Origin: a virus
Lineage: Duplodnaviria; Heunggongvirae; Uroviricota; Caudoviricetes
Strand: one strand, 5' to 3'
Length of the DNA stretch: 61,635 nt
Virus record (IMG/VR): IMGVR_UViG_3300033049_000033
Span: 64,001-125,635 of that record
Part shown: positions 57,858 to 61,635 of the stretch, piece after piece
Layout: each line of letters starts with the position of its first letter
How positions within the stretch are numbered: the stretch's first letter is position 1
Program-made: the position numbers and the translations under genes
The notes under the pieces: model-generated
What the model saw: the letters and a program-made list of their open reading frames with translations, nothing else
Databases searched by the model: none
What the model was told of the DNA's origin: nothing

Positions 57858-58616
57858 TTAATGTAACCCCTTTTCTATGCCATCTATTTTAATGAAATCG
57901 TAGAGACTTTTGTACCTCTTCATAGCTAATCTAATGTCTTTAGTAGTCAATCCTGTATTATTACGCATTGTCTCTAAGATAGCAATTTTATTATACTTAC
58001 TACCCGAACCCATATCTTCAAAAATGGTTTCCCAATTCTCTAAAATATCAATTAACGCATATCCCACTGATTGTTCATTATCAGTAAATTTCTTCTTAGT
58101 GAGAGATTTCTTATTTTCTTCTAACCCTTTCTCAATCTCTAGTTTAATCTCATCAACCAATTTTAACATGAATTTTGTAATACTAAAATCATCATGATTC
58201 GTTAACTCATATTGATATTCGTCTTTCGTTTCTAGATAGCTAGAAACGTCATCAAACGAGCTATATTTCTTCATATTCTTGTCATCTTCGATAAGTTTCA
58301 CTATCAAGTACCTTTTAATTATCGTTCCGTAGTAAGAGTAGGCTTTTTTGCCTCTTCCACCATCAAATTTATCCGCTTTCATTATGAGGTCACCCAGCGC
58401 ATCCATGTGCTGTTCCTCAAATGTCATGCCTTTTCTGTAGAGCTTGTATCTTTTTATGATGTATTCCACCATCTTATTCAGAGGCTCATGAAGGTTTCTG
58501 CTGTATATTATATTTCGTTCATGCTGGTCATCTGACGCAACATATAAAATTACCGCTTCTTCTTGTACAGGACCGAAGTAAGGTGCTATTGTCCTTTTTC
58601 GCCCTTTTGTTGCCAT
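57858..58616 (-). CDS. phage late sigma factor (T4 gp55-like)
   Basis: IIKRYKLY...DALGDLIMKADKFDGGRGKKAYSYYGTIIKRYLI resembles sigma region 2. Confidence 0.65.
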   Translation of the reverse strand: MATKGRKRTIAPYFGPVQEEAVILYVASDDQHERNIIYSRNLHEPLNKMVEYIIKRYKLYRKGMTFEEQHMDALGDLIMKADKFDGGRGKKAYSYYGTIIKRYLIVKLIEDDKNMKKYSSFDDVSSYLETKDEYQYELTNHDDFSITKFMLKLVDEIKLEIEKGLEENKKSLTKKKFTDNEQSVGYALIDILENWETIFEDMGSGSKYNKIAILETMRNNTGLTTKDIRLAMKRYKSLYDFIKIDGIEKGLH

Positions 58617-58618
58617 GA

Positions 58619-59422
58619 TTAAATTGTTTCGTATTTTAGTTCTCTGTTCTCAGACCAATGAAATTCTTTCTTAGCTTGTTCTAACCACCATTTACTTTCA
58701 TTACCATCTAACGTATCCGCATAACCTGCAAATAGTGAGCCTTTTCTTAAGTTCATGTGCTTATATCCAATTCTAGGAATTACCATAGTCGGTACAGCGT
58801 TATGAGTCATTCTCAGTAGGAATTCGTAGATAAATGTAAGCGTCATTTTGGATTTGAATCCACCGAAATCTTCTATCAGTTCTTTCCTTATTACAGCACC
58901 ATCAGTGTTGAAGTTTTGAAATCTTAATAAAGCCCCTTCGTCTAAGAATCCCATCTCGTCAGAGAATTGGTTTGCCCAAACAGCTTCGTTAGTTCCTCCG
59001 ATGTATACTCCATCCTCGTTTATATCTGCAATTATCGGCATGAAGATACCCACCTCTGGATACGCTTCTTGGTACTTGATTACATTATCAAACCATATTG
59101 TTGAGTATTCATCGTCAAATTCTAGAATAGAGAACCATTCAGTCCACGTATTCTTAATACCCAGATTAACTTGACTACAGAAATCTGTTTCACCATCATT
59201 CAGTATTGTAATTGCACTCGTTTCATCACCCAAGTTGAATTCATATTTCTTAATGAACTTTGCTGCGTCAGACCCTTTAGGTACTATCACTAAAACCGCA
59301 TCTGGTCTTACTTTTTGTTGACGGATACTCTCGATAGCAATATCGAATAGTTTCTTTGTTTCATCGTTAAATTCGTGAACTGGAATGACTACACTTATGT
59401 TAGTTCTTATTATTTTTTCCAT
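58619..59422 (-). CDS. glycosyltransferase family 2 (GT-A)
   Basis: ISVVIPVH, QVNLGI, FSILEFDDE (DxD-like). Confidence 0.8.
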   Translation of the reverse strand: MEKIIRTNISVVIPVHEFNDETKKLFDIAIESIRQQKVRPDAVLVIVPKGSDAAKFIKKYEFNLGDETSAITILNDGETDFCSQVNLGIKNTWTEWFSILEFDDEYSTIWFDNVIKYQEAYPEVGIFMPIIADINEDGVYIGGTNEAVWANQFSDEMGFLDEGALLRFQNFNTDGAVIRKELIEDFGGFKSKMTLTFIYEFLLRMTHNAVPTMVIPRIGYKHMNLRKGSLFAGYADTLDGNESKWWLEQAKKEFHWSENRELKYETI

Positions 59423-59432
59423 ATTTTTATTT

Positions 59433-60542
59433 TTATGTGGCAACTGTTGCCTGTTCTATTAATGCCTCAATCTCTTCAATTCGATTGTTTACTAATTGAG
59501 CATATACCGTTTCAATCTTGTCTTTTTGAGCGTCCATAGTATAATCACCAGTAGATTGTCGCATAGTTTCAAGAAGTTCTTCAGGTACTCCATCTTCCAA
59601 CCACACCTTGATGTAGGTGGCAATCAGTTCTGGAATATTATGTGGTGTATTTGTCCATACACCGTTATTTTTAATTGTAGGTTTATCATCAGCATCCTTA
59701 GTTTCCATCCATTCTGGTATAATATTAGGCATTTTACCGATTACTGGGGTGTCACATTCAAATGCTTCCAATGGGAACGTTCCAAATCCTGACATATCGT
59801 CCACCCAAACGGCTAAACAAGCCTTACCTAATTCCTCAGCGAAAGTCTTTCTTGGAAGTCCTCTTAGTTCCTTAAACGAAACCCATTTGTATTGTGGGTA
59901 CTGTAAGTAAAACGCTTTAGCCGCTTTAGCCGCATCGTTTTGATTTCTAGTTACCAATGCTACCAAAGGAATCTTTGGTTTATCATCAGCTTTGAAATAT
60001 TCTGGGATACCTATTGGAATAACATGAGTATTTACATCTCTAAATAAACTCTTGACATAATTTGCTTGCTTCTCACTTGTTGTGATAACATCGTGAAATC
60101 CGTAGTCCAATGTCCATCTCCTACCCACTGGTAATAATTCCAATAGGTATTCAGGACTTTGACAAAATACAATCTTCTTACACGGGAATGCTTTAACTTG
60201 CTCCATCACATTAGCGAAAATCTCAGGGATAATAATGAAATCGCTAGGCTTAACGGTAAGTTGTTGTTGTTCGATTGAGATATGGCTCAATTCACCATAT
60301 TCATCTCCAAGCCAATCTACCAATCCCATTCCGTTTTCGTCACCACGTAATTTGTAGTTATTCTTCTCATGTAATATATGCGCCTTATACCCTAGCCCCG
60401 TTAATACTTTAACGTGCTCATAAATGTTTGCCACACCAGCAGTTGGGTTACCCATGGTGTCCAATGTGAAGAAGTATAAGTTAATATCCTTGTTCTTCAA
60501 ATTAGCTAAAACATCTGTCAATTCTACTTGTTGATTGTTCAT
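59433..60542 (-). CDS. glycosyltransferase, GT-B fold (GT4/GT1-like)
   Basis: GGV-like AGVANIYEH, SGFGTFPLEAFECDTPVIG. Confidence 0.75.
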   Translation of the reverse strand: MNNQQVELTDVLANLKNKDINLYFFTLDTMGNPTAGVANIYEHVKVLTGLGYKAHILHEKNNYKLRGDENGMGLVDWLGDEYGELSHISIEQQQLTVKPSDFIIIPEIFANVMEQVKAFPCKKIVFCQSPEYLLELLPVGRRWTLDYGFHDVITTSEKQANYVKSLFRDVNTHVIPIGIPEYFKADDKPKIPLVALVTRNQNDAAKAAKAFYLQYPQYKWVSFKELRGLPRKTFAEELGKACLAVWVDDMSGFGTFPLEAFECDTPVIGKMPNIIPEWMETKDADDKPTIKNNGVWTNTPHNIPELIATYIKVWLEDGVPEELLETMRQSTGDYTMDAQKDKIETVYAQLVNNRIEEIEALIEQATVAT

Positions 60543-60544
60543 AT

Positions 60545-60868
60545 TTAATCTTTAAATTCTTTAATTAGTCCAAATTCTTCTAAAGTGTTAAATGCCACTC
60601 TAAAGCCCATTGAAGCGTCCTTTAATGCCCTGTCAATTCCCATAGTGAAATCTAATTCGGAAGAGTCTTGGCTTAGGAATACCTCTAATAAGGTATTCAC
60701 CATATTATACTTGGTTGTATCGATTTCCATTTGCTTTGGAAACTCTTTTTTGATTACCGTCTTTTCACCTTTTTCACTAACTATAACCTCCGTTTCAACT
60801 AATTTAGCCCCTTTCGGGTCAACTGTTACAAACTTGGATACTGCGTTTAAATCAATGTAATAATCCAT
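60545..60868 (-). CDS. hypothetical protein
   Basis: 107 aa. Confidence 0.7.
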   Translation of the reverse strand: MDYYIDLNAVSKFVTVDPKGAKLVETEVIVSEKGEKTVIKKEFPKQMEIDTTKYNMVNTLLEVFLSQDSSELDFTMGIDRALKDASMGFRVAFNTLEEFGLIKEFKD

Positions 60869-60871
60869 ATC

Positions 60872-61206
60872 TTATCTTTCTTCTGTGTTATACCCTAGTA
60901 TCTTATCTTGGGTGTCAATGTTATTAATAAAATCCAATAATGAATCTAATTCAAAATCTCCAACACTATTAGTGTTATACGGAGCTTTGATTTTAACCGC
61001 AGTTTTACCTTCTGGTTTAGATTCCAATGCTACTGGATTGGCGGTTATCAGTGTGTCCACATAATTCCACATATCTTCGTATTCATTTACAAATCTAATA
61101 TTAGGTATTTCACACTCAAGTTTAGATAGGAAAAAGAATGTTGCTGGTATTGCTCTACAAACGGAACGTTCAATGATGACAAATTCAATATCTTCTTCAT
61201 GTTTTC
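60872..61206 (-). CDS. 5'-truncated phage protein (HAD/5'-nucleotidase-like C-terminal half)
   Basis: AT-rich coding IPATFFFLSK...DTLITANP...KIKAPYN; its 5' part is replaced by GC-rich sequence. Confidence 0.55.
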
Positions 61207-61635
61207 TGGCCGGAAGTCGGCAAGGCGAGAAGAAAAATTCAGCGACTCGACTCTCTATGACCGCCGCCGGCACTCTGTACGCTTTTCGCTTCAGGGCGTG
61301 CCTAGATCGTCATCAAGGGAAAGTATTTCTCCTTGGGAAGGAACTCGTGAGCACACAAGCTATCAAAAATTTGCCCCGAGGGATCTTCGCTGTGCCGTGG
61401 GGGAAATTGATGGCAGAAAGCGGGTGCAGTCCTGTTCTTGAGCGTCTAAGGCTCTTTCTCTGGCATATAGTGCAGCTTATGAAGGCGCCTCAAAAGGCCC
61501 GGAGCCTTTTCGCGGTCGTATTTTTTCTCGGGCTAGGTGCCCTGCGAGGAACCGAGCCTGGGGCCGGCGAGATCTCGCCGCCGGAGGTTCGGCCAGACAC
61601 GATCCAGGAAGAGTTCCACTATCGGTGGCGGCTCA
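61207..61635. other. compositionally foreign GC-rich segment (probable chimeric join)
   Basis: Abrupt switch to CG/GCC-rich sequence inside a phage ORF; partial ORF from 61479 (MKAPQKARSLFAVVFFLGLGALRG...) with a signal-peptide-like start. Confidence 0.8.

Noticed and set aside
1-61206. Stop-codon reassignment (TAG/TGA recoding)
   Set aside because: Long conserved genes are intact in the standard code, and TAG and TGA end genes cleanly before coupled starts or promoters; the single TAG just upstream of the 29594 endonuclease start is not enough
60872-61441. ORFs 60872-61273 and 61199-61441 as real genes, or a prophage attachment site
   Set aside because: Both span the compositional junction; no att repeat or integrase; likely chimeric

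Overview
Nearly all of the window (1 to ~61206) is one AT-rich segment of a large T4-like, probably contractile-tailed phage. The host is inferred to be Bacteroidota: TTTG-N19/20-TAnnTTTG promoters recur, leaders are A-rich with no Shine-Dalgarno, and there are Bacteroidota-type lipoproteins. Layout: (i) 1-11.5 kb is a putative early/host-takeover region of short ORFs, most behind a copy of a ~32-bp repeated promoter cassette, with an RNA island at 4.86-5.62 kb (tRNA-Leu, a Ser-type tRNA interrupted in the anticodon, other folded segments, boxA). (ii) 12.1-12.3 kb is a C-run/G-quadruplex-like boundary. (iii) 13-16.2 kb holds seven tandem paralogs with FNIP/LRR-like C-termini. (iv) 16-37 kb is accessory/metabolic: SET domain, thioredoxin, LRR fusion protein, ABC-ATPase/GNAT pair joined by a -1 slippery site and followed by a homing endonuclease that carries a recoded copy of the GNAT 3' end, SLT transglycosylase, ClpC, KTSC, ThyA, DHFR. 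(v) 37-51 kb is head morphogenesis: a second -1 slippery fusion, terminase, portal, protease, scaffold, major capsid. (vi) 51-61.2 kb on the minus strand holds a gp5-like baseplate protein, a gp55-like late sigma factor and two glycosyltransferases. The last ~430 bp are GC-rich, cut a phage gene and look foreign (probable assembly chimera). All product names come from recognising motifs by eye; no database search was run.
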